A stretch of 56,547 bases of DNA, counting the filler, from Catajapyx aquilonaris (taxonomy: Eukaryota), in assembly GCA_000934665.2 (NCBI GenBank). It is 2 parts of 2 records of this genome, joined end to end, with 100 filler letters (N's around TTAATTAATTAA, not from the genome) between each part and the next. Parts side by side here need not be neighbours in the genome. Positions count along the whole stretch, not along the records: positions 1 to 28,225 come from JYFJ02004951.1; 1 more part is not named here. One strand, given 5' to 3'. The notes beneath the pieces were generated by a model. That model saw only the letters and a list, made by a program, of their open reading frames with translations. It was not told where the DNA came from and did no database searches. Positions 12,888 through 23,507 of this stretch are shown in pieces; the first letter of the stretch is position 1, and each line of letters opens with the position of its first letter. The position numbers and the translations under genes were made by a program.

Positions 12888-12912
12888 TTAAACAGGAAAT
12901 CTTTCCTTGCAG

Positions 12913-13341
12913 GTGGGGAAAGAATCAACCATTGAGGCCCTCACTGTGATCGAAGCTGACTCAGATGATGAGGGGATCCTTGTTATAATTGATGAGGCGC
13001 AACTGGAGGCTATGAATGAAGAAGGAGAGGGTGTCACAGTGGATGGCACTGCAGAAGCTGAAGTTCCAGTGAAAGAGGGTGTCGCAGTCGATGGTACTGC
13101 AGAAGCTGAAGTTCCAGTGAAGCAGGGTGAAGAAAACCTTACCATAGTGAATACAGAGGCGGGAGAAGTTGGGGATTTTCCAGAGGTTCCAGAAGTTGAA
13201 GTTCCAGTGAAAGAGGGTGACACGCCCATAGAGATTACAGAGGAGGGAGAAGTTGGGGTAGTGGAGCGGGCAGGAGAGGAAGGAGAATTTCGGATTTGGT
13301 GTGAGGACCTGGGTCAGTTTGTGGAGTTCAGTTTGGTGTGA
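12913..13341 (+). CDS. ZAD-C2H2 zinc-finger protein, probable last exon (acidic E/V/G-rich tail)
   Basis: Acceptor ctttccttgcag|GTG is in phase 0 with exon 2. 142 codons to TGA, giving about 792 aa in total. AATAAA downstream at 13755. Confidence 0.75.
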   Translation: MGKESTIEALTVIEADSDDEGILVIIDEAQLEAMNEEGEGVTVDGTAEAEVPVKEGVAVDGTAEAEVPVKQGEENLTIVNTEAGEVGDFPEVPEVEVPVKEGDTPIEITEEGEVGVVERAGEEGEFRIWCEDLGQFVEFSLV

Positions 13342-13754
13342 TGCAGTCTGACACTGCAGAGCAAACTTCTCCATTGTGAAATACCTGTTTGGCCCCTGTC
13401 AAAGATTTAACTTACAGTTTCAGAGAGTAGCTCACATCTGCATTGGCAGAAACGATGCATATGTGGCAATGTGCGTAAGTCCTGTTGGCCCCTTAGGGGC
13501 CTCTCTTCAATACCATGCCACTTGGAGCCGTAGGTCTTCATTTTAAACGTGTATTAGGCCAATGACGACCCTGGCAGGAGATTGACCTGGAATTATATGG
13601 ATGACATGGACTACTAACTCCACCTGCTTTACATTTATTTATTTACACTACTCTCTGAGAGCATGTATGCTGGCACAATTAGCTCATTCTTCCCAAGTCC
13701 TGCAACCTAACAAGTCAGTGTATCACAGTCATGTGTCACAGAAGTGTCTATCTC

Positions 13755-13760
13755 AATAAA
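13755..13760 (+). promoter_or_regulatory. Candidate polyadenylation signal of the ZAD-ZNF gene
   Basis: AATAAA about 410 nt after the stop codon, followed by a GT-rich tract (tgtttgtgagtttgt). Confidence 0.55.
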
Positions 13761-13825
13761 TAAGGATGTTTGTGAGTTTGTCGCTTAGCTATAGAAATCC
13801 AGGGGAATGCCCCTACACCACCTTA

Positions 13826-13951
13826 GGGCCGGTTTCACCGAGCTTGGTATATGATAGAACCAGGTTTCTTTAGGAAAATCCATACAAATAGATAGGGATT
13901 TTGAGAAAGAACCCTGGTTTTATCATATACTGAGCTCGGTGAAACCGGCCC
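13826..13951. mobile_element. PIF/Harbinger-type MITE, TTA TSD
   Basis: tta|gggccggtttcaccgagc ... gctcggtgaaaccggccc|tta. Confidence 0.8.
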
Positions 13952-14124
13952 TTAAACTCGCTCATCGGGGGTTACTTTTTTCAAGGAATTTAATGCCACA
14001 TGTTTCAGCTTCCGAAAATGAGCCTAACTCCCACGACACGCTACACCGCCTCTCCTTGAACCACTATCGACAACACTATGAACAATATATTGCTTTTGTT
14101 TGGGGCCATCTCCATGGAAAAGCT

Positions 14125-14169
14125 CTCTGCAATCTCTGCAATCTCTGCAATCTCTGCAATCTCTGCAAT
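14125..14169. repeat. Tandem repeat (CTCTGCAAT)5
   Basis: Five perfect 9-bp units. Confidence 0.95.
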
Positions 14170-15359
14170 ATCGGGGGTCCGCTTTCTATGTACTTCTCCA
14201 TCAAATGCCTCCAAAGAAGCTTACACATTTGGACAATCTCCAGATGCCAAAAGCCAACGAATTAAAAAGCAGCATGAAACAGACAGTCAACACCAGTCCT
14301 GTGTAGAACTTAAAGCAGCCAGACACAATAATATTGAAGGGTATGGTGCAAGAAGGGGTAAGTCAATTTTTGATCGGCGTTCATTTAATGGGCAGACTCT
14401 ATTGATTTAAAAAAGTACGGGAATCATCGCCCTGTGCAGGGTGACACCCTCTTGCCCTTCACAGGTAATGACAAACTTTGACTTATAGTTTTCAATTAGC
14501 CTACTACACAATGACCAGTTTAAAGGCATAACGAGTGTGTACGGAATACGAATTTTATTAATGAAGAAACTTCCCAAAAAGAATACAGATGTGGATACCC
14601 CAACCACTGCCACCACAAGATACCCAGGCAACGCCTGGTAACCTACTAGTATGTTCCATTTGTGCATTGCTTCTAAATATATTCTTCAGTGAACATTGCA
14701 AGGTTTGTAATTGCCATTACTTCACTTAATTCCTAAACGGTAGGGTGTGGATGTCAGCTAATGGGAACTGAGGGGCAATAAAAGTTCCGTTCATCAGCAC
14801 AACTTTAATTATCTGAAAAAATCCACAGCCACTAAAGTATTAACATACAATCAACATAACCTAGCAAACCAAGCTGGTGGTATTAGCAACAAAGTGATGT
14901 GACAACAGTTCAATGTAATGAAAACCTGGAAAACATATTACACTATAATGACTACACTGCAGTACAGCTTCACAAATGTAGAAGGGTTAAAAGGTGTTAA
15001 TGTGCATTGGAATTTGATGACACCATGTTTCTGCAAGTGGCCTTTGTGTAATTTTGTTGTTTAATAGCTGAAATCCACTCAGGTGTGAGGGACATCATTT
15101 GCATCATCCAGTGCCGTCGTCCACCCCCCATGCAATTTATCCAAGGACTGGCACACAGTGGGCCGGGGAGCGCATTTAGGCGGCCATACCACCATTTTCC
15201 ATTCATCGGAAATGCGTGAAAATAGTGTGAATGTACAGAGAATTGTCCCAAGTGACAAGATTGAATTAATTTAGCGAGAGTGGATCTGAGAAACCTCAAT
15301 TTTCACTTCCTGCACTTGTCGCTTTTAATTATCGAGAAAAAGTTAAGTTTTGTCTTCTA

Positions 15360-15890
15360 CAGGGTGATTCTCTCAAATGGAAACCCAAACATGCCTCAAT
15401 AACTTTTTAACTATGGCATGGTTCCCAATGAAAATTAACATATACTTACCTTGTATCATGCCAAACAAGGTCTGACTAAAGAATATACCAAAAGTGGTCC
15501 CCTCCAGCATCCAAGAATTTTTTAATTCGAGTCTGCATATTGGCGAAGACTCCTGCAGAATGGCCGGCAGGAATGGCTCAACTCCAGCCCGCCCGCTTGC
15601 TTGGTAAGACGGGATCGCAAGGCCACGGTCCCGTTGCCTTGAGATAACCCTCTCACCAAACAGACTGGCGGGTGGGAATGGATGGGATCGCCGCCTTCAA
15701 TCGGCAGCAGTCTTCGGCAATATGCAGACTCGGATTAAAAAATTCTTGGATGCTGGAGGGGACCACTTTTGGTATATTCTTTAGTCAGACCTTGTACAAG
15801 GTAAGTACATGTTAATTTTCATCAGGAACCATACCATAGTTTAAAAGTTATTGAGGAATGTTTGGGTTTCCATTCGAGAGAATCACCCTG
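15360..15890. mobile_element. Tc1/mariner foldback element made of two inverted transposon 3' ends (nested in Transib)
   Basis: ta|cagggtgattctc ... gagaatcaccctg|ta with about 190-bp arms. The right arm encodes VFGNMQTRIKKFLDAGGDHFWYIL*, resembling a transposase C-terminus. Confidence 0.85.
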
Positions 15891-16255
15891 TAGTAAACAC
15901 CGCCTAATTCGAGTCAAAGAAGTCTGTGGAGATGTGTTTGCTATTATATATTGGAATCATCATGTTATCGGCTTCTCATTACTTAGGTGCACATCTATAA
16001 CGTTTATGATTTTGATGCTGCTGCGCGTCATAAAAGGCACATAAAAAAGTTAGTAAGAGTTAAGTTTCTCTTGAGCTGCAAAATTCACCTAATGTCGCCC
16101 ATTTTGCTGTCTTGTTACAATCGATCACTAGTATTGTATCGAACATGAGGCAGGAGAAACTAGCTGCGAATACCTGCGAATCCGCGTTTCCTGGCCCCAT
16201 TTCCGGTGTGAGGGCATTGGCACGAAATTCAAACCAGCCTCGACTCTGACCCTGC

Positions 16256-16700
16256 GGTTTAATTGTGGGCATGCCAAAGCAAGGATCTTGATCCTCAAAT
16301 GATGGGAACACTGTACGAGAATTTCACAGAAATTCTGAAGTGACTTCGTCGGCCATAAAAACCGACAGGGATTTAATTCAATATTTCAATAGTATCCTGG
16401 AGGCTATCGACTCCATGCGAGCTAAACGTTCAGGAGCTTAGGAAATGTATGACACTTCATCCCTTGTATTCCATGCCTCCAACTGCAGGCTATAACAGAG
16501 AATCTTTGTGCATGGTGCACCCATTATACATGTCGCGCCCCTCCCTGTCGGAATGTTCTCCAAAAATGCGCAGAAATCCTAGCATAAAGACTTGAAGCAT
16601 TTCCGGGCCTTCAATATCCAAAAAAACATCCAGGGCAGAGTGCAACATGGACCTGCATCACTGTCTCATAGCATCTGACCCTCTTATCACAATCATAGAC
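16256..16700 (+). pseudogene. Transib (RAG1-core-related) transposase, C-terminal remnant with stops and frameshifts
   Basis: GLIVGMPKQGS*SSNDGNTVREF..DLIQYFNSILEAI; LHPLYSMPP; IFVHGAPII..LPVGMFSKNAQKS*HKDLKHFR; SRAECNMDL..ASDPLIT. These follow the Transib motifs NDGNT, YPWY.MP, HG.II..LPIG.LSEEAQE and SDP.I. Confidence 0.85.
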
Positions 16701-16982
16701 AATCTCAGGAAGTTGCTACCCAAGAAAAGGGCAGTTTCTCTCGGGAAACTCTTCGTCTTCTACAACGTCGAGTCCAGTGAAATTGCATGAATCCAGTGAT
16801 GACAAATAAGTCTATCTTTGGGTATTTATTACAAATTACAATAAAGTAATTGTTTTCGGTTCATGGCATTGCAAAACAAGGAATTTGTTATATTATGTTA
16901 TCCTAGCATATACAGGTTGGAATACTTGACCACTCAATGCCCCAATGAATTAATTTTGTTGTATTTAGGCTACATGAAGTAT

Positions 16983-17258
16983 TAATTATTACCCCATGCT
17001 CGAGCCATTCGGCTCGTTTTGGGGGGAGGGGAAGGTTCCCAAGGGGGGGCATCCTCGGTTTATAGTCACTCACGACTCTCTCAGATACACCAGACCTTTT
17101 CTCTGGCCCCGGGCAGCTAAGGGAGTGCAATGCTGCCCCGGCGTGTCGGGTGAAAAGCGGAAAAAGACCGGCCAAGCAGAGGTGATGGGGACGGGATTTG
17201 AACCCCGGCCTCCCGCTTGGCTAGCCAACGGCGTAACCACTAGACTACCAAGCCTCCC
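16983..17258 (-). mobile_element. tRNA-derived SINE, family B (nested in Transib)
   Basis: Minus-strand head gggaggcttggtagtctagtggtta...ggggttcaaatccc. 17-bp TSD taggctacatgaagtat (16966-16982 and 17259-17275). Confidence 0.88.
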
Positions 17259-18964
17259 TAGGCTACATGAAGTATATCAATATGCTTATTGCAACCTTCT
17301 TTTAGGTCAATTTGCACATCTAAATAAAAGTTTTTCAAGAAAAAAAGAATGTTACGAACTCTGTCCGCCCAAATGGGCTTCACGGCCCACTGTATGGCAG
17401 TGCCCCTATAATCTCTCATGACACAATTGGAGGCCTCCATCTAGTGGACGGATTTAAAATATTCACCTCCAGTTTGGCGACTGTATGAATCATTTTGCTG
17501 CCTACCTACAAGAAGCAATTTTGTGTGATGCCCCTGGCAGGTACATAGACTACTACCATCATTTGCATGGCCAAAGAACAAATTCTGGTGATCAAAAACA
17601 TCACATAACAACATGAGTAGGCAGCAACTTGAGTAACCATCACAAACAAAGGGGAAATAAGACACATTATACAAATGATGTGAACTGAATCCTATGAGAC
17701 ATACAGGCCATGATTGACAGTTGTCTTCTATGAGTCCTCGGCCAGCTGTTGCAATCCTCAGGGAAGAAATAGCTACAGAGAGGGAATGGGATAAGTGTCA
17801 GGAAGTTGCCTCTGAATTACCAGATTCTTTTGCTGACACATCCAGCAACAGCAATAATTTAAATTTGTACATCCTGCAATGCATTTCAACACACTTAAAT
17901 CAGTTAGGGTTCAGTCACTGTGAATGTTGGGCTCCGAAGAACAGAAAATTTGGTCAGTGTTTGAATTTGATGATGCATAATCATATGCCACAAGGTTAAA
18001 GTCATGATCAGCAATGGTATTAGCACACAGTACACCACACTGTATGCATGTTCCTGTGATGTCCTGCAATGTCCCAGGCAGCCAAGACCAGATTACTACT
18101 CATTACTCTGCCGTTTTGGTAGGGCTCCAGCTGGATGGAAATCCCTTGGCATCATTGGCACCCCTCTCTCCCACTCCCACCCTCCCTGTCTCCTCCTCAC
18201 CTGCCTCGCACCACTTTAGTCTCTGGGAGAGGCCATCTATGAGATTCTAATGAGCTTCCCTACTCGCCTCTAGGATTGGTGATGACATCGTAGAAAACAA
18301 ATCGATTTTGACTTGAAAAATCTTTTCTACCAAACCTGCCAAAATATTTGGAATAAGGGAGGCTTACTTGATCTTTGGAGCACAACACGCAAAATGACTT
18401 GAAGCATTTTTTGGGCAATGCTGGGAAGTGGGAGTGAGCACTGAGCAGATGCATGTTAGTTCGATAAATTCCTGTGCATTCATTATAAAATGAGCCTCAT
18501 ATTGTACCTCGAACTATTACTTGTCTAATTCTGAATGTTCCGCAATCAGAGGCAGGTCTGGGTTTTCCTCCATGCAATTCAAAAGACCACATGGCTAATA
18601 GCAATCCCAGATTCATCAAGCAAACATGCAGCTGCACCACTGAAATCCAGCTCCCTGCTGCTCAAAGAGTGGCATGAAAGGGCCCTTGAAGTTGGTTCAC
18701 ACGAGATGTGCTGATGACGTTCAATTTATTCAAAATGATACCTTTTATCCGTCAGCTTAACCTACATTCGTGACAATCATCACCAATGTCAACAATGTAG
18801 TCGGAGCTAATTGTGGAATGGAACTGTTTGGAAAAAAAGTGTCATCAGCATAAGATGTGTGAATGTACCTTTACGGAGAATTGCAAAACAAATGGTGCCA
18901 GAAAATAGTTCAAGTTCAGAAGAGCGCCACAGCATCTGGGGAAAGGTGTGCTATTTCTTCATAG

Positions 18965-19055
18965 AATGGCTGTTACACATTGTGTAACAGCCATTTAGAA
19001 CCAGTTATCAACACTAATAACATGTCATGTTATTACTGTTGATAACTGGTTCTAA
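18965..19055. repeat. Two abutting palindromes (15-bp and 30-bp arms, each with a single central T)
   Basis: aatggctgttacaca-t-tgtgtaacagccatt; ttagaaccagttatcaacactaataacatg-t-catgttattactgttgataactggttctaa (29 of 30 positions pair). Confidence 0.9.
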
Positions 19056-20195
19056 GAATAGCCAGTGGCAATCACTAGCAACCAGATGGTAAACAGCCAT
19101 AATCACCAGTTACTCGTCACATAGCTTGATATCTCCATGACTAGAAGCAATTAATAACCTATTAACTACACAATGTGGAAAAATAAAGTACACAAACTCA
19201 GAGGTGCAATAATGCCGGTTTTCCTGGGGCCTAAGTAGCCAGACACAACTGACACACCTTGCTCACAATAATATTTGCATCTATGTAATTGGTATATTGA
19301 TGGCTGCAGGGTTCAACATATACCAATTACTATTCACAGATGCCATCGAACTATAAAATTCTGATGTGAGACCTCCAATTAGAGTTGAATTAAGTATCTT
19401 CACAGAACGGTTTTCTCCTTTAGAATGGGTTGCATGGATGACACTAAATCCTGAACAAGTTTTAAATCCTATGTGAACAACATGCATCAAACCACTTGGT
19501 TGAGATTTACCTTCAATCACACAACTGACCCTTAGTGTCATCAAATTCTGAATCTGCCTTGACAACCTGTAACATTTCAGTTAATGTTAGAAAATGGGAC
19601 ACTATTGACCTGCACATGACTTCCAATCAGGGAGGCATAATGAGATGTGCCAAGAGTCCAAGACTATGATTTTCCCTTCAAAATGGGTTCTCAAGCCATC
19701 TCAAAATTGCTGCTCCTTGCCTCCCATTGCCTTAATGATTACCCTGTAGCAAATAAATCTTGAACTTGGTCATTCATCACTGCCAATGAAGTTTGACAAT
19801 AACTAGTGCTTCAAAAAAAATTATAAATAAAAATTTAAACACTTTAAAAAACTTTACAAATGCTGAAACACAATCTGGAGGAGCAGGAAATGCATATTTG
19901 GTTATGCAAGATTCAAATTATGTGCTTGAAAGTAGCACATAGTATCCTCCCCATCAGAGAAAGGCAAATTAATCTCATGCATAGGTCTTATGTACATTGG
20001 ATTAATCTGTCTTCTCAGTATAGGTCATGGGAAGGCCAAAACCTCACTTTGAACTTAAACACATCCTTATTTTTAACCCATGCGAAATGGTGAATAAGAA
20101 GCAAGATGCAGCCATGCAAATGAACACTGTATTTCCGTTTTGAAAATACAATACTTAGCAAAGGGACCCACATAAAAAGCATGCCAGCCAGTACG

Positions 20196-20378
20196 TTAGA
20201 AGGGCTGATTAATTTCTTCAATATCATCATCTTCAGCTTTGATTTCGGGCACACCCAGAACACTTTCTTGGTTGCTAGATGACTGGGAGGACTGCGTGGG
20301 TGCCAGCGCTTGATCAACACTCTCATCTGACTCTTTTTCCACCTGAGCTGGACACTCAAAGTGGACACAATGAAACAC
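20196..20378 (-). CDS. BTBD9: BTB/POZ domain-containing protein 9, last coding exon
   Basis: Acceptor ttgcag|GTG. VFHCVHFECPAQ continues HNTANE from the previous exon. Ends at TAA. Confidence 0.88.
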   Translation of the reverse strand: MFHCVHFECPAQVEKESDESVDQALAPTQSSQSSSNQESVLGVPEIKAEDDDIEEINQPF

Positions 20379-20621
20379 CTGCAATTGAACAAAGCAGAGC
20401 TTAGGAAACCTGCAATGACTTATGAGGGGTATTATAAAAGTTCACAACCTCCCCTTGAAGGAGTGACATAAGGGTCTATACATAGACTAGTGATAAAACA
20501 GCCCATATGCACACTCCTTAATGTAGAAATCTGATGACACCATAAAATCAGACAGTCCTAGAAACCACCATGTCCAAGTATTTGAAATTCATTTCGCAAT
20601 CCTTGGGCTTAGATATGAAAT

Positions 20622-20779
20622 TAATTCAGTGTCCTTTTCGGTCATTTATGGCAGAAAGAATGCAGATTTCGCCAGCTAGATTTTAACCGAATGAAGTACG
20701 ATCCTTTTGGCGTATGTTCCTGGGCTTAACTTCGTTTTGACAATTTTTTTGGGTTGACACTATTTCATAACACTGTCCA
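20622..20779. repeat. Unclassified interspersed repeat; second copy at about 48661-48820
   Basis: Shared blocks cttttcggtcatttatg, atgcagatttc, tatgttcctgggctta, gggttgaca and cataacac in the same order. Confidence 0.7.
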
Positions 20780-21313
20780 CATTCTTGAATGAGAAGGAAG
20801 CCTCTTGGGAGTAACCAAGAAGTCATGTCAGCTGTGGAGGAGAGATCTTGGAGAGGTGAGATTCTTCCTTCTACCATTCTAGCTTTGACCTCAATGATGG
20901 AGGAAATATTTTGACATTTGTGTGAGGTGACTCTAAAGTCTGGACACATGTAATTAGATTGTATTGTTGGTTTCCAGTTGTGTCAACTAGCAGGTTGTTG
21001 ACAGTCAGTAAAGGCTGAGTTGGCAGTTGGCAATTGGAGTTGGCACAAGTGGAAACCAACAATACACGACTGGACGCAATTTTCTGACGTGGGCGGCGCG
21101 AGTGGCAATCTCCACTCGTGCATCTCATGCTGAAAAATTTCCAAGGGACTGCTATAATTATGTCCATACACAATCCAATTACCTATGTGCCCAGACCTTA
21201 CAGTCATCCTGTAGAGAAATTATATTCCTTTGTCATAAACTCTTGCTTTTCTGCTTCACATCACGAACTTCTACAGGGTGTTTATGAATTCTCACCAGAT
21301 ACTCCTTGAGCTT

Positions 21314-21331
21314 GGAGGAGGGAGAGAGAGG

Positions 21332-21394
<63 letters not shown>
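21314..21394. repeat. (GA)n microsatellite
   Basis: Long AG dinucleotide run in a BTBD9 intron. Confidence 0.97.
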
Positions 21395-21402
<8 letters not shown>

Positions 21403-21424
21403 TTTGTTGTTTTCTTTTTGTCCC

Positions 21425-21540
21425 GGTGTTCTTGGAGGACTCATGGTCAAGATAGGCTCTGATGGCAAGTGAGAAGTGTGGTGGCACCTGTCTTGGGCGA
21501 GGAGCAATTTCGCAAACGACACATTTCCATACATGGGTTC
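21425..21540 (-). pseudogene. Tc1/mariner DDE/D transposase fragment
   Basis: QD..PPHFSLAIRAYLDHE resembles the QQDGAPPH...VR.YL motif. Confidence 0.55.
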
Positions 21541-21585
21541 TTAGGCAAAACGTGATCTCCTCTGACCCCTCCACAAGCTCTAGGG

Positions 21586-21823
21586 CAGTGGTTCCCAACC
21601 TTTTCCGGGTTGCGACCCCCTTTTATGATAGTCAAGTAACCTGCGACACCCCCACCCCGAGTGTTAGTAGAAGATTAATGTAGTGTAGACATTAAAATAT
21701 TAAAGAAGCTTAGTGGTAAAATTTCCTATACAATTTATTGCAAGTAAAAATTACTGCACGACCCGCCCAGAAAAGTCTTCGTGACCCCCAAGGGGGTCGC
21801 GACCCACAGGTTGGGAACCACTG
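21586..21823. mobile_element. hAT (Charlie-like) MITE
   Basis: cagtggttcccaacct ... aggttgggaaccactg. Imperfect 8-bp TSD ctctaggg / ctctatga. Confidence 0.82.
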
Positions 21824-22172
21824 CTCTATGAGTATCTGATAGGGATCCGTATAATGCCCCTGGTATTCCTTATGCAAAAGTTATGCTAGAAGTTTTGGAA
21901 TACGTTACCCAGCACCAAAATGGGTATGCTTGGAAATTAGGAATGGCCTACACCCATGTTTCAATTGAGGATACAATAGCAATGATGTCACAATGAGCAA
22001 CAATTACTGTAAACAATATTAACATGTAACTAACATTTAAAAGCTTGTAACATGAGTTCTCGTCAAAGGTTGAATATGCTACACACTGAGCACATTCTAT
22101 TGATGATTCTAGCCTGAACTCCTGATCAATAATTTTGAAAATCACCATTATCATGTGCAGCAGATATCTTAC

Positions 22173-22619
22173 CTCATTTGCTGTATTGTGTGTTCCCACA
22201 ATCCGTACAAACACCACAGGCCTTCTGGGGAAGTGGATGGTTTGCCAAGATCGGCACCTTTCCCTGGTGCGATCAGCTAACATAACCCAATCTTTCATGT
22301 CATTGGAAGCCTCAACGTAGTATGAATATGTTCGGTCATCGCAATCCCAGAGGAGGAGTCGCATGGAGTCAACAACATAAGGCTGATTAAGTTGAACCAC
22401 AATTGCTCCACTGCCAAGTTGGTGGCAGGTGTAGCCAGTATCCCAATCGTAATTTGACGTATCCCCATTCAATAGGGCATTGCGACTCCTACTCACTCCC
22501 TCCACCACACAAGCGCTTGAAGCCACAGTTGCAACATTATGTGTTGGTGCCAAGAGTCCCTCCTCCAGCTTGAATGGGCGGTTAGTGTACATGGCCTCCA
22601 AACTCACCACATGGAACAC
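22173..22619 (-). CDS. BTBD9: BTB/POZ domain-containing protein 9, penultimate exon (second discoidin-like domain)
   Basis: VEGVSRSRNALLNGDTSNYDWDTGYTCHQLGSGAIVVQL.QPY...MRLLLWDCDDRTYSYYVE...GTHNTANE. cag| acceptor, |gtaaga donor, 447 nt. Confidence 0.95.
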
Positions 22620-22770
22620 CTGGACATGATAGAGATAGCCATGAGAAAATTATGCCAAGGCTGTACAAATAAAATTTCAGTATATGAGGCTAGGAGGAGA
22701 AGAGAGAACAGATGCTGGGAGAGTGAGAGGGGAGAGATGGAAGAAATACACAGCAGGTAAATACACTTAC

Positions 22771-23150
22771 CTTGTTTACTGTGTTATTTGTTCCAACAAT
22801 GCGTATGAATTTTACAACTCTGGCAGGGAAGTAGAGTGCCTGCCATGAGCGACAGTAGAAGCGGGTATGGTCATTTACTCTGACCCAGTCCTTCTGGTCC
22901 ATGCTGACTTCCACATAATATGAGTAAGAACGGAGGTCACGATCCCACAGAAGAAGCCGCATGTGGTTTATGATGCATTCTTTGCCTAGCTTCACTAGGA
23001 TGCCATGGTCACTGGCGTCGTCAATAGCATGTCGGGTGAAACCATGTTCCATATCATAGTTCAATGAATCGCCGTCCAAAAGAGCAGTGCGCATCTCTCC
23101 TTTCAGCACTTGTGTGCCGAACAGCTCTTGAGCAACATTCTCCTCTGGCA
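22771..23150 (-). CDS. BTBD9: BTB/POZ domain-containing protein 9, internal exon (first discoidin-like domain); upstream BTB/BACK exons not found in the window
   Basis: PEENVA...ALLDGDSLNYDMEHGFTRHAIDD...RLLLWDRDLRSYSYYVEVSMDQKDW...GTNNTVNK. Acceptor ttccccag|, donor |gtaagt. Confidence 0.95.
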
Positions 23151-23334
23151 CTGGGGAAAATATTTAAATGAGCATTGGCACTGCTGAAAATAATTACTCT
23201 AGATGTGATATTTTTTCTCAAAGACCGCCAGTAATTTAAGCGACCCCAGCAGAAAAGGTTAGTTACCTCTTAGGCAACAATATTTTGCAATTTTTTACGA
23301 TGCTTGCAAATGATCATGATGGATGGATCTTATA

Positions 23335-23507
23335 CAGTGTTGGACATAAATCGAGGCATACCGCTAGCGACATTTTCCAAAGCGGCAGAAGGAGGAATCT
23401 TGCTCGCCCGGCTTGCAGTATCCTTATCTTCGATTCCTTCTTCTGCTGCTTCGGAAAATGTCGATAGGCACCAGTGCCTCGAATGCCTCGATTAATGTCC
23501 AACACTG
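23335..23507. mobile_element. Tc1-type MITE, TA TSD, almost fully palindromic
   Basis: ta|cagtgttggacataaatcgaggcat ... atgcctcgattaatgtccaacactg|ta. Confidence 0.82.

Larger units (their letters stand above)
15154..17394 (+). mobile_element. Transib DNA transposon (internally deleted, two nested insertions)
   Basis: TIRs cacagtgggccggggagcgcatttaggcggcca (left) and tacagtgggccgtgaagcccatttgggcggaca (reverse complement of right end). 5-bp TSD TGGCA at 15149-15153 and 17395-17399. Internal Transib transposase motifs. Confidence 0.88.

Noticed and set aside
6755..13374. Antisense and alternative-frame ORFs over the ZNF exons
   Set aside because: Shadows of the real coding frame, with no recognisable domains.
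14078..14410. ORFs with SAISAI, CNLCNL and LQSLQS repeats
   Set aside because: Artefacts of the 9-bp tandem repeat.
15154..15200. True V(D)J RSS or ProtoRAG element
   Set aside because: The heptamer is present, but there is no nonamer at 12/23 spacing and no RAG2-like ORF; Transib explains it.
21233..21598. ORFs with LSLSLS and ERERER runs
   Set aside because: Artefacts of the (GA)n microsatellite.
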